This document shows positions 17,980-27,117 of a stretch of DNA of 64,000 bases, piece by piece. The notes under the pieces were generated by a model. That model was not told the origin of the DNA. It searched no databases and saw only the letters and a list, made by a program, of their open reading frames with translations. The stretch is taken from contig JBMNHS010000001.1 in assembly GCA_050950505.1 (NCBI GenBank), positions 128,001 to 192,000 of the forward strand. The letters are read 5' to 3'. The position numbers and the translations under genes are program-made. The stretch's first letter is position 1. Each line of letters opens with the position of its first letter. The stretch is from Candidatus Methanomethylophilaceae archaeon. Its GTDB lineage: Archaea; Thermoplasmatota; Thermoplasmata; Methanomassiliicoccales; Methanomethylophilaceae.

Positions 17980-19413
17980 TCACTGGCATTCTTCGCAGGG
18001 GTACCTGAGACCTGCCAGGGGATCTCCTTCGAAATCGAAGGTTTTGCCGGGATTCAGGATGTTGTTGGGATCCATCGCCCTCTTGATTTCCTTGTAGGTC
18101 TTGATGTTGGAAGCTCTTTCCCTCTTGAAGTCCACCGCTTTGGCGATGCCGACACCATGTTCTCCGGTAACGGTTCCGTCAAGCTCTATGCACTTCCGGA
18201 AGATTTCACTGACCGCGGCCATGCCGCGTTCCCAGTTTTCCCTGCTGTAGGGATCGACCATCATTTTCGTGTGAAGGTTTCCGTCGGAAGCATGTCCGTA
18301 AGTTGCGACAATCACGTCATGCTTGTCGGCGATTTCCCTGAACGCAGTGATTGCTTCGGGGACTCTCGATACGGGAACTCCCATGTCATCCGCCAGCGAC
18401 ACGGATACGAATCCGGGCTTGAGGGCGGACAGCGACGTCATGACGGATTTCCTTGCGTCGGTCCATTTGGCGATTTCCGTTTTGTCGTGAGACGCCGTGA
18501 CGCTGACTGCATTGTTTTCCTTTGCCACTTCCTCGACAATCTTCAGGTCCCTGTCGACTATTTCCTGGGATTCCCCGTCCACTTCGACGATAATCAGCGA
18601 GTTGCAGTCCGGCAACGGGTTTCCGCGGGCTTTGTTCACCGCGGATATCGCCAGGGAATCCATGATTTCGCAGGATCCGGGAATCAGGGGTTTGGCAATC
18701 AATGCGGCAATGCACTTGCCCGCATCGGCCACATCATCGAATGCACAGATGCAGGATGCGGCGAATTTGGGCTTTGTCGTCAACTTGAGGGTTACCTCGG
18801 TAATCACACCGAGCTGACCTTCGGAACCGCAAAGCAGACGGGCCAATTGGTAACCGGAAGAATCTTTGATTGTTCTGGTTCCCGCACGGACGATTTCTCC
18901 GTCGGCCTTCACGAAAGTGAGGCCGAGAACCGCGTCCCTGGTGGCGCCGTATTTTACGGCTCTCATTCCGGAAGCGTTGTTTGCAACCATGCCTCCGATG
19001 GTGCAGGCTTCGCCGGAACCGGGAGACGGAGGGAAAAAGAATCCGTATTTTCCCAATGCTCTGTTAAGATCTTCGTATATGACGCCGGCTTCGACATCCA
19101 CCCACAGGTCCGCTACGCTGATCTCTTTAATTTTATTCATATGCTGCAACGAAAGAACGATGCCGCCTTTGATGGGAACGGCCGAGCCGCACAACCCTGT
19201 GCCTCCCCCTCTGGGAGTGACGGGAATCTTTTCCTCGTTGGCGATTTTCATTATTTCCGAAACCTGCTCGGTGGTTGTCGGCTGAATCACCATGTCAGGG
19301 TTGTTATGATAGATCGAAGCGTCGAATCCGTAGGTGTAAAGAACTGCGGGATCGACGGAATATCCGTTCTTGCCTACGATCTTCTCAATTTTTTCTATAA
19401 TTCTTCGGTCCAT
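17980..19413 (-). CDS. FAD-linked oxidase, GlcD/D-lactate dehydrogenase family
   Basis: PRGGGTGLCG, CTIGGMVANNASG, KYGATRD, GSEGQLG, GHASDGNLH, GEHGVG, NILNPGK. Confidence 0.9.
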   Translation of the reverse strand: MDRRIIEKIEKIVGKNGYSVDPAVLYTYGFDASIYHNNPDMVIQPTTTEQVSEIMKIANEEKIPVTPRGGGTGLCGSAVPIKGGIVLSLQHMNKIKEISVADLWVDVEAGVIYEDLNRALGKYGFFFPPSPGSGEACTIGGMVANNASGMRAVKYGATRDAVLGLTFVKADGEIVRAGTRTIKDSSGYQLARLLCGSEGQLGVITEVTLKLTTKPKFAASCICAFDDVADAGKCIAALIAKPLIPGSCEIMDSLAISAVNKARGNPLPDCNSLIIVEVDGESQEIVDRDLKIVEEVAKENNAVSVTASHDKTEIAKWTDARKSVMTSLSALKPGFVSVSLADDMGVPVSRVPEAITAFREIADKHDVIVATYGHASDGNLHTKMMVDPYSRENWERGMAAVSEIFRKCIELDGTVTGEHGVGIAKAVDFKRERASNIKTYKEIKRAMDPNNILNPGKTFDFEGDPLAGLRYPCEECQ

Positions 19414-19760
19414 ATTTACACCAACTACCATATTCATCCTTCTGATTTATAAATGATACGTAAATTCACACTGTTAAAAATGATAAGGACTCACAGTAAA
19501 TCATCATGGCCACACATACCGGAAATCTTCCGTGATGTGTAACGGGGATTGATTTTCCGTACCCGCCGTCCGCGAAGAATTTCATTTGTTAGATTTCCGT
19601 TTTTATGTGTTGCGGGAGACGTTTTGAATCTGTTTGAAATCCGAGATGTTTTCGTCGAACGTCGGATTTGTTGTTCGGACATCGGTTTTTCCGTCGGTGC
19701 ATATTGATTTGACAAAGAATCGACCAGAAGTTAATTTAAATTGTAAACATACGGAATCAC

Positions 19761-20387
19761 ATGAAATCAAAAATAGTTCTTCTGGGGCCGCCGGGTTCCG
19801 GCAAAGGGACTCAGGGTGAAAAACTCAGTTCGGAATTGGGATTCACAAGACTTTCCACCGGTGACATGCTCAGAGAGGCCGTCAGGAACGGCACTCCCTT
19901 GGGACTCAAAGCCAAAGAATACATGGACAGCGGAACCCTGGTTCCGAACAATCTGATAATCGGACTGATGAAGGAAAAGATTGCCGAAGTTGACGGCGGA
20001 GTCATATTCGACGGATTTCCCAGAACCGTTGAACAGGCGGACGCCCTCGCAAAAGAAATCGATGTGGATTTGGCCATCAATTTCGACGTGAGCGACGATG
20101 AACTTATCATCAGACTCACCGAAAGACGTACCTGTCCCGACTGCAACTGCGTGTTTCATCTCAAATACAACCCGCCCAAGAAGGACGGGGTGTGCGACAA
20201 ATGCGGATGCAAACTTTACCACAGAGACGACGATACCGAAGAAACCGTCAAAAACAGACTCAAGGTTTACAGGGAAAGCACCTTCCCCCTCATCGATTAT
20301 TATGACAAACAGGGAATACTCGTCACGATAATCGGCAAAGGCGACATCGGGGAAATCTTTGCCCAGGTGGAAAAGGCGGTACGCTGA
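19761..20387 (+). CDS. adk: adenylate kinase (bacterial type, Zn lid)
   Basis: GPPGSGKGTQ, STGDMLR, DGFPRT, CPDC...CDKC lid, RDDD. Confidence 0.95.
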   Translation: MKSKIVLLGPPGSGKGTQGEKLSSELGFTRLSTGDMLREAVRNGTPLGLKAKEYMDSGTLVPNNLIIGLMKEKIAEVDGGVIFDGFPRTVEQADALAKEIDVDLAINFDVSDDELIIRLTERRTCPDCNCVFHLKYNPPKKDGVCDKCGCKLYHRDDDTEETVKNRLKVYRESTFPLIDYYDKQGILVTIIGKGDIGEIFAQVEKAVR

Positions 20388-20395
20388 AAACCGAA

Positions 20396-20421
20396 GAGGG
20401 GCACCCGCCCCTCGCTCTTTC
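20396..20421 (+). terminator. terminator after adk
   Basis: GAGGGGC-ACCC-GCCCCTC then a pyrimidine tract. Confidence 0.55.
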
Positions 20422-20424
20422 TAC

Positions 20425-20440
20425 GAAAACTATTAAAATA
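20425..20440 (+). promoter_or_regulatory. BRE/TATA of tRNA-Gln
   Basis: GAAAAC-TA-TTAAAATA about 25 bp upstream of the tRNA 5' end. Confidence 0.55.
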
Positions 20441-20462
20441 TCACTGCATTGGGGAAGTCAAC

Positions 20463-20538
20463 AGCCTCGTAGTGTAGTGGTCAATCATGCAGGTCTCTGG
20501 ATCCTGCGACCGTAGTTCGAATCTGCGCGAGGCTACCA
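20463..20538 (+). tRNA. tRNA-Gln(CTG)
   Basis: A1:U72 AGCCTCG...CGAGGCT-ACCA, anticodon loop CT-CTG-GA, GTTCGAATC; U31.U39 mismatch. Confidence 0.93.
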
Positions 20539-20647
20539 CTTTCCACCCACTTCAGCATTCCGTTTCGGGTTCCGGGGTTTTTCATAATAGATTAATACCG
20601 CGATCCACTTGGCTGGACAGTGGTAATGTGTCCGAACCGGAAATCTG

Positions 20648-21013
20648 TTGATTGCCGCGCTGTTTGTCGCTTTGGGCGGCGCAGTGGGGGCGTTGCTTAG
20701 ATTCGGAGTTTATGAAATAATAGATTCTCACGATTTTCCCTGGGCGACTCTGTCGGTCAACGTGATAGGATGTTTTCTAGCCGCTTTCCTTATGTTCGGA
20801 TTCGGGGAGGTCATCCCTTACGGAATGAAGGATTTTCTCTTTGTCGGGGTGTTCGGTGCATTCACGACAATGTCCGCCATGAGTCTTGACACTTTGAATC
20901 TGATAAATTCCGGAAGTCATCTTCTTGCCGCGTCCAACGCTGTGCTGAACGTGATCCTGTGTGTCCTGGGTGCCGTTGCCGGCAGTGCATTGGCCAACGC
21001 CGTGATTGCCTGA
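20648..21013 (+). CDS. crcB: fluoride channel Fluc/CrcB
   Basis: GGAVGALLR, FPWATLSVNVIG, GAFTTMS; four TM helices; start uncertain. Confidence 0.88.
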   Translation: MIAALFVALGGAVGALLRFGVYEIIDSHDFPWATLSVNVIGCFLAAFLMFGFGEVIPYGMKDFLFVGVFGAFTTMSAMSLDTLNLINSGSHLLAASNAVLNVILCVLGAVAGSALANAVIA

Positions 21014-21020
21014 TTTTCAA

Positions 21021-22910
21021 TCAGTACTGATCCAGTTCGTGAAGGTCTATGTAACGTCCTTCGATGAATTCGGCAAAACTTTTTGCGTAAGTGTCCCGCT
21101 TTCCGAATTTGGTTTCGCTGGAATCTATGATTGTCCACTCTATGTTCGGGTCTTTTACCGTCGCACAGATGTTTTCCAACTCCCACATCGCGTTCGAACA
21201 GGAATATATGGGCATGGTCGCGTGTCCGTCGGTTATGAAAATAACGTAACACTTCTCCCCGGGATGTTTTCTCAGGTAGTTGGTGGCGTAATCTTTCGCC
21301 AGCACCACGGCTTTCGCCAACGGCGTGGATCCTCCCGCAGGAGCCTGTTCCAAAACATCGCAGATGGTTTCCACTGATCTCGTGAAAGGAACGGTCACTT
21401 CCGCGTCACGTTCCCTGAAAGTTATCAGTGCCACCCGGTCTCTTTTCACGTAACTTTCCATCAGCATCGACCTTATCGCATTCTGAATGGGTCCCAGCAT
21501 GCCGCTGTCCACCAGAGAACCGCTGGTATCCACGGCAAATATGAAAGAAGATGAATTGCGCATTGCACGCACTTTTTCCCGAATGTCCTGTTTTTCTATG
21601 TTTATGCTCAGTCCTTTGGAATCCCTCCCTGCCTGATACGGTGCCGCCGCGCGTATGGTTGCGTCGAAAGCCGGATCCGCCGTCTTCCCTTTGGGAATTC
21701 TGAACCCTCTGTATCGGCCTGTGTTTCTTCTGGAAATCATGGCTCTCTTGTGTTTTATTCCTGCGATTTCGTGCAGACGGAGCATTTCGATTTCGTCAAT
21801 TTCTTCGAGAAGGTCTTTGGTTTTTTCATAAATGTAACTGAAACGCAGACCTTCGGGGGTCGATTCCTGACCCGTTCCCTTGCCTTCGTCGGGAAGGAGG
21901 GCATTCAGCAGGTTTTCCTCATCCCTTTCTTCATCATCGTCGTCTTCAGGCAAAGGAATCGGCTCTTCGTCCTCTTCCGGCTCGATGTATATCGGCTCTT
22001 CGTCCTCTTCGGCGTCGATTTTCACTTTGATTACGATTTCGTCTTCGACAACCTGCAACGCCCCTCTTCTGTGGGAAAGACACAACACCAAAGCTTCGGC
22101 GATGTGATCTTCGGACACCTGGGTTTCACCGTCCAAAGCGGCGAGGGCCCTTGCGGTTTTTGCGGTGGATATGTCGCCTCTGTATCCTCTTACGTTGAGG
22201 CTCTGGCATATCTTTACGATTGCGTTTACGTCATCTTCGGTGAGAATGACGGAAGGGAGAATTTTCCTTGCCTGCCGTACCGATTCGATAACGTTCCGGT
22301 CTTCTGAAAAGTATTGGGATATGACGCTCTCGGGATCTTCTTCGAACTGAATGTTCGAAGAAATGATTTCCGCTCTGGCATCGGAATCGGTTTCCGGAAG
22401 AATGGTTACGCAGATATCGAACCTGTCGGCGACACTGTCGGGAAGCTCCCTTTCGGCGGGATCCATGGTTGCCACCGCCGAGGTGTTCACGGAAAATTCC
22501 GCGGAAACGCCTTCACGTTCTACAATAATCCGCCCCGTGTCCACGCTTTCGAGCAACATGTCGAGGATTTTGCCTTCCATCAGATTGACGTTGTCCACAT
22601 AGGCCACGTTGCCGTCGGCTTTGCTCAACAGACCTCCGGAAGCAATTGCGTGTCCGTCTTTGATTGCCGTTTCAAAATCCAATCCTCCGAACAACTGGTC
22701 GTCGGTTATGCTCGGAGGCACGTTGATCAATTTCTTTTCCGACGTGAGTCCGAAAAAGGACCGTACCAATACGCTCTTTGCCGTGCCCGGGGGTCCTTTG
22801 ATGAGAATACTTTTTATCGTATCGTCCACGGCCATGCACAGAAGCGCCTTTTTGGCCGATTCCAGACCTATGATTGCGGAAAAGGGCAGACTCAATACTC
22901 TTTCAGACAT
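21021..22910 (-). CDS. Mg/Co chelatase ChlD-like subunit (AAA + acidic linker + vWA)
   Basis: GPPGTAKS, DRFD, acidic Pro-rich linker, DATIRAAAPYQ, DTSGS MIDAS, FITDG. Confidence 0.9.
   Translation of the reverse strand: MSERVLSLPFSAIIGLESAKKALLCMAVDDTIKSILIKGPPGTAKSVLVRSFFGLTSEKKLINVPPSITDDQLFGGLDFETAIKDGHAIASGGLLSKADGNVAYVDNVNLMEGKILDMLLESVDTGRIIVEREGVSAEFSVNTSAVATMDPAERELPDSVADRFDICVTILPETDSDARAEIISSNIQFEEDPESVISQYFSEDRNVIESVRQARKILPSVILTEDDVNAIVKICQSLNVRGYRGDISTAKTARALAALDGETQVSEDHIAEALVLCLSHRRGALQVVEDEIVIKVKIDAEEDEEPIYIEPEEDEEPIPLPEDDDDEERDEENLLNALLPDEGKGTGQESTPEGLRFSYIYEKTKDLLEEIDEIEMLRLHEIAGIKHKRAMISRRNTGRYRGFRIPKGKTADPAFDATIRAAAPYQAGRDSKGLSINIEKQDIREKVRAMRNSSSFIFAVDTSGSLVDSGMLGPIQNAIRSMLMESYVKRDRVALITFRERDAEVTVPFTRSVETICDVLEQAPAGGSTPLAKAVVLAKDYATNYLRKHPGEKCYVIFITDGHATMPIYSCSNAMWELENICATVKDPNIEWTIIDSSETKFGKRDTYAKSFAEFIEGRYIDLHELDQY
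21958..22010. repeat. 20-bp direct repeat in the ChlD linker (EEDEEPI x2)
   Basis: ATCGGCTCTTCGTCCTCTTC at 21958-21977 and 21991-22010. Confidence 0.8.
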
Positions 22911-23923
22911 GCTCTGAGGGCCTCTCTGTCGAGCCCGGTTTTCTCAAAGGGCTTTTTCTTGACACGGTGGGTCAGAACCATGGGAGCCACAATTCTGAAA
23001 TCGTCCCGGTCCACCTCATCCTTCCCTTCGAATGCCGCATTGGCTCTTGCGGCTCTTATCATGGTGATATCCGCCCTGTGTCCTTCCATATTGAAGTTAA
23101 TGGCAACGTTCGCCGCCACCTTCACAATGTTTTCGCTGACTTCCACATCAAGCAATCTTTCTCTTGCGGAAACTATCTTCTTGCTGAGTTCTTCGGTTTC
23201 TTCGCGGTATTTCTCGATGAATGCTTCCGGGTCCGCGTCGTATTCCAATCTGCGCATGACGACTTCGGCCCGGGACGTGACGTAAATGTCTCCGACCACG
23301 TCGACGCAGAGACCGAATCTGTCCAGAAGCTGAGGCCTGAGTTCCCCCTCTTCGGGGTTCATCGATCCCACAAGAATGAATTTCGAAGGGTGAGAGAAGG
23401 ACACTCCCTCTCTTTCAACGTAGTTGGTTCCCATGGCGGCGGAGTCCAGAAGAAGATCCACGATGTGATCTTCCAGAAGGTTCACTTCGTCGACGTACAG
23501 CATGTTCCGGTTTGCCTGAGCCAGAACTCCGGGTTCGAATTTCTTTTTACCCGTCTGCAAAACGTGTTCCAAATCCAAAGTTCCCGCTATGCGGTCTTCG
23601 GTTGCGCTCAACGGCAATTCCACGACTCGGATGGGGGCCATCCCCGTTTCCAGTTTTTCGCCTTGGTCGATTCTTTCTTTGCAGTCAGAACACAATCTTT
23701 CCGGGCGGGAGGGGTCGCATCTGAATCTGCAGCCTTCGACATATTCGACGTCAGGCAGAATGCTAGCGAGAGACCTCACCGCGGTGGATTTGGCGGTTCC
23801 TTTCTCTCCTCTTATCAAAGCGCCGCCGATGCCGGGGTCAATGATGTTCAGTATGAGTGCCCTTTTCATTTCGTCCTGTTCCACGATGGCGACAAAAGGG
23901 AAAGTCTGTTCTTTTGATTTCAT
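22892..23923 (-). CDS. Mg/Co chelatase ChlI-like AAA+ ATPase
   Basis: FPFVAIVEQ, GEKGTAKS, LYVDEVNLL, NPEEGELRPQLLDRFG. Confidence 0.93.
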   Translation of the reverse strand: MKSKEQTFPFVAIVEQDEMKRALILNIIDPGIGGALIRGEKGTAKSTAVRSLASILPDVEYVEGCRFRCDPSRPERLCSDCKERIDQGEKLETGMAPIRVVELPLSATEDRIAGTLDLEHVLQTGKKKFEPGVLAQANRNMLYVDEVNLLEDHIVDLLLDSAAMGTNYVEREGVSFSHPSKFILVGSMNPEEGELRPQLLDRFGLCVDVVGDIYVTSRAEVVMRRLEYDADPEAFIEKYREETEELSKKIVSARERLLDVEVSENIVKVAANVAINFNMEGHRADITMIRAARANAAFEGKDEVDRDDFRIVAPMVLTHRVKKKPFEKTGLDREALRACLKEY

Positions 23924-24120
23924 GATACCCCGTAGATTGGAAGGGAGTATTAATTTAATTCTGAAAATAACGGCCTTAACGGTCCTATGAATATTTTCTG
24001 TATTTTACGGAAACCGTCATTTCCGCAACCCTGCGGATTCTGTTGATTGTATACCGTATCCTCATCCGTAACTGACAAATTATATTATAGGGGACGGATT
24101 ACGGAATAAAGAGGGTTAAA

Positions 24121-25278
24121 GTGATTGATAGGGAAACGGTATTGGGAAACCTGGAAAGATACGACCTCAGCAAAGCTGAAATCGGAGTCATTGGATCTCA
24201 TTCCGCCTTGGACACATGCGACGGGGCGGTCTCCGAAGGTTTCAGAACCGTCGTGATATGCCAGAAAGGCAGAGACAATACTTTCAGAAAATATTTTAAG
24301 ACTCAGAGGGACGCTGACGGAAACGTCATGAGAGGCGTGGTCGACGACACCGTCGTGTTGGATAAATTCAATCATGTTCTCAAAACCGAAGTTCAGGAGG
24401 ACATCATGTCCAGGAATGTTCTGTTCATTCCCAACCGGTCCTTGGTTGCTTACTGCGGAATCGATGCGATTGAAGATGATTTCGCCGTGCCCATGGTCGG
24501 AAGCAGGAATCTGCTTAGATCCGAAGAGAGGGGCGACGAAAGAGATTACTACTGGATTCTCGAAAAGGCGGGACTGCCGTTCCCCAAAAAGGTCGAAAAA
24601 CCCGAAGACATCGATGGGTTGACCATCATCAAAGTCCCGCACAAAGAAAAGAAACTGGAACGGGGGTTCTTCACTGTCAAAGATTACGAACAGTTCGTCA
24701 CGAAATCCGAAGAACTGATCAGCCAGGGCGTCATCGAGAAAGATTTCCTCAAGGACGCGAGAATGGAAGAGTACATCATAGGACCTGTTTTCAACCTGGA
24801 CTTTTTCTATTCGCCGTTGGAAGAAAAGGGCGAGAAACTGGAATTCATGGGAGTCGACTGGAGATTCGAAAGCTCCCTGGACGGTTATGCCAGACTTCCG
24901 GGAAAGCAGCAGGTGGAGCTTGAAGAAATGGGCGTCCTGCCCGAATACACCGTCTGCGGCCACAACTCCGCGACAATCAGGGAATCCCTGCTTGACAAGG
25001 CCTTCGGATTGGCCGAAACCTATATCGAAGCCACCAAGAAATATTACGACCCGGGCGTGATCGGACCCTTCTGTCTGCAGACCTGCGTCGACAAAGATCT
25101 GAATTTCAAAATTTATGATGTCGCTCCCCGCATCGGGGGAGGAACGAACGTTCACATGTCCGTCGGACACCCTTACGGAAACACTCTCTGGAGAAAGGAG
25201 ATGAGTACCGGAAGAAGATTGGCCATGGAGGTCAGACGCGCAATCGAACAGGAACGCATCGAGGAAATTATTACCTGA
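24121..25278 (+). CDS. purP: PurP-family FAICAR synthetase (ATP-grasp)
   Basis: IGSHSALD, IPNRS, LERGFF, EEYIIG, IRESLL, GPFCLQ, RIGGGTN, GRRLAMEV. Confidence 0.9.
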   Translation: MIDRETVLGNLERYDLSKAEIGVIGSHSALDTCDGAVSEGFRTVVICQKGRDNTFRKYFKTQRDADGNVMRGVVDDTVVLDKFNHVLKTEVQEDIMSRNVLFIPNRSLVAYCGIDAIEDDFAVPMVGSRNLLRSEERGDERDYYWILEKAGLPFPKKVEKPEDIDGLTIIKVPHKEKKLERGFFTVKDYEQFVTKSEELISQGVIEKDFLKDARMEEYIIGPVFNLDFFYSPLEEKGEKLEFMGVDWRFESSLDGYARLPGKQQVELEEMGVLPEYTVCGHNSATIRESLLDKAFGLAETYIEATKKYYDPGVIGPFCLQTCVDKDLNFKIYDVAPRIGGGTNVHMSVGHPYGNTLWRKEMSTGRRLAMEVRRAIEQERIEEIIT

Positions 25279-25287
25279 GGTCATCAA

Positions 25288-25938
25288 ATGATTGAAAAAC
25301 GAATATTACTGCCCGTCGTCCTGCTTGTTCTCATCACGGTTCCCGCATTGTCGGTACTGTGCGTGGAAGAAGCTGAGGCTTCACCGGATTATCTGATAAT
25401 GGATACCGGTACCCTTTCCAAAGGAAGTTTCGACACCAGAAACAACGCTGACGTGAAAATCACCATCGTCAACAATACCGAAAACAAAGTAGACGTAAAA
25501 GTCTGGATAACTTATCAAAACGAAAGCGGGGTTTTGAAAGAGGTTGACATTGAAGTCGCTTCCGAAGACAAAACCGTTGCCGTGCTGAACCTGGGATTCG
25601 GAAGTCAGGGCACCAAATATCTTACCGTGCACGCCAAATCCGATGATGCGGACTTCTACACCGGCAGTGCGGTGAACGAGGCAAGTCACAACTTCACAAT
25701 CCATGTGGACCAATCCGTTTGGTCCAATGCCCTGACTTACGTCGCAATCGTTCTGATTGTTATCGTCATAGCCGTTGCGATATATCTCAGACAGCGCAAT
25801 GCTCCGAAGGTCGAACCTCAGATGACCTTCACCGAATTGGAAGAAATGAGAAAGAGCCAGCGGAAAGACGTAGATGTTTCCTCCGGATCTTCTCCCGAAA
25901 GAAGAAGGTACGAAAGCGACAAACGCAGAAAGAGATGA
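25288..25938 (+). CDS. secreted/type-I membrane protein with Ig/CARDB-like domain
   Basis: Signal peptide, beta-rich middle region, C-terminal TM helix, basic cytoplasmic tail. Confidence 0.7.
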   Translation: MIEKRILLPVVLLVLITVPALSVLCVEEAEASPDYLIMDTGTLSKGSFDTRNNADVKITIVNNTENKVDVKVWITYQNESGVLKEVDIEVASEDKTVAVLNLGFGSQGTKYLTVHAKSDDADFYTGSAVNEASHNFTIHVDQSVWSNALTYVAIVLIVIVIAVAIYLRQRNAPKVEPQMTFTELEEMRKSQRKDVDVSSGSSPERRRYESDKRRKR

Positions 25939-26654
25939 AACTCAGATTCCTGTACTCAAAGGGAGTTTCACCCGAGTACGGAGCGGCGGCGGACGCCGCA
26001 ATCTTCGAAGAAGTTTCGGAGAAACGTTCGCCGCCGACCCTTTTTGTTTATTCAAGAAACCGACCGACGGTTTCCATGGGACGGTTCCGGGATCCGAAAG
26101 AAGATATCCATATTGATTTTATCAACGGAAACGGTATTTCCGTCGTAAGAAGAATCAGCGGCGGCAGCAGTGTTTTTACCGGTTCTTCACAGATAATTTA
26201 TTCCCTGACCGTCAAAGACACCTTCGGAAACAGACAGGAATCCTATTCCGAAATCTGCGGACACATAATGCATGCATTGGAAATGTTGGGCGCGGAGCCG
26301 TCCTTCAAAGAACCCAACGACATCCTCGCGGACGGGAAGAAAATTTCAGGGTCTGCGCAGTACCGTGCCAAAGGGTACCTGATACAGCACGGAACTCTTA
26401 TAATCGGGCCGGAACCGCTTATGGACAAAGTTCTGAAACCGGTAAAAAACCGTTCTTACGGCGGTACCGTGTCTTTAGAAGAAATCCTCGGTCACGGCGT
26501 ATCGGAAGAAGACGTCGTCCGTGCGGTGAGAGACGCTTTCGGAAAGAATTTTATGGAAACTTACGACGGCGAATTCACCGAAAGAGAAACCGGACGCATC
26601 CGTTCCGAAAAGAAAAATTTCAAAGTTTCAGTTTCGGGTCTTTCAGATCCATGA
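25935..26654 (+). CDS. lipoate-protein ligase A family (catalytic domain only)
   Basis: ATGA overlap; VVRRISGGSSVF, PNDI, KKISGSAQ, QHGT. Confidence 0.88.
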   Translation: MKLRFLYSKGVSPEYGAAADAAIFEEVSEKRSPPTLFVYSRNRPTVSMGRFRDPKEDIHIDFINGNGISVVRRISGGSSVFTGSSQIIYSLTVKDTFGNRQESYSEICGHIMHALEMLGAEPSFKEPNDILADGKKISGSAQYRAKGYLIQHGTLIIGPEPLMDKVLKPVKNRSYGGTVSLEEILGHGVSEEDVVRAVRDAFGKNFMETYDGEFTERETGRIRSEKKNFKVSVSGLSDP

Positions 26655-27117
26655 GGGCCACTTCCCTCGGGTCTATGAAGAATCCGATTTTCTTGTGAAG
26701 CAGTATGGAAGGTGCGTTGTCCGGCTGAATCATGCTGTGAGCCACTTCAGCGCCCATGGCGATTCCTTCCTTGATGCATTCCCTCAGCAGTCTGTAAGCG
26801 ACGAGATTCCTTCTGAAATAGGAATGTACGCCCAGGTTTTCAATCCACAGAAGATTCTCCGTATCCGCGATGTTGTGAAGCATCTGTGCGAAAATGAATC
26901 CGATGACTTCCCCGTCTTCCAAGGCAACGAAGCTGAGACCGCTTTCCATATAGGCCCTGAAGTGTTTTTTGCTGCTGGCACCCAGGTTGTCCCTCCACTC
27001 TTCGGGAAGCTCTTCCCATTTGTTTTCGATGGTTTCCGAGAAATACTCCCTGATGCAGGACAGTTCCAGTTCGCGGACACCTTCCAAATCTTTGAGTTTG
27101 AGTTTTCTTATTTCCAT
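26620..27117 (-). CDS. GNAT N-acetyltransferase
   Basis: VIGFIF, LGVHSYFRR, NAPSILLHKKIGF; start overlaps the argS stop. Confidence 0.85.
   Translation of the reverse strand: MEIRKLKLKDLEGVRELELSCIREYFSETIENKWEELPEEWRDNLGASSKKHFRAYMESGLSFVALEDGEVIGFIFAQMLHNIADTENLLWIENLGVHSYFRRNLVAYRLLRECIKEGIAMGAEVAHSMIQPDNAPSILLHKKIGFFIDPREVALMDLKDPKLKL

Noticed and set aside
18157-19452. 431-aa plus-strand ORF, and similar long antisense ORFs such as 5883-7019, 24085-25287, 27273-28472 and 45052-46209
   Set aside because: Each lies opposite a well-supported gene and has no recognisable protein features.
20540-20647. Fluoride riboswitch upstream of crcB
   Set aside because: The GGCGATGG...CTGATG consensus was not found.
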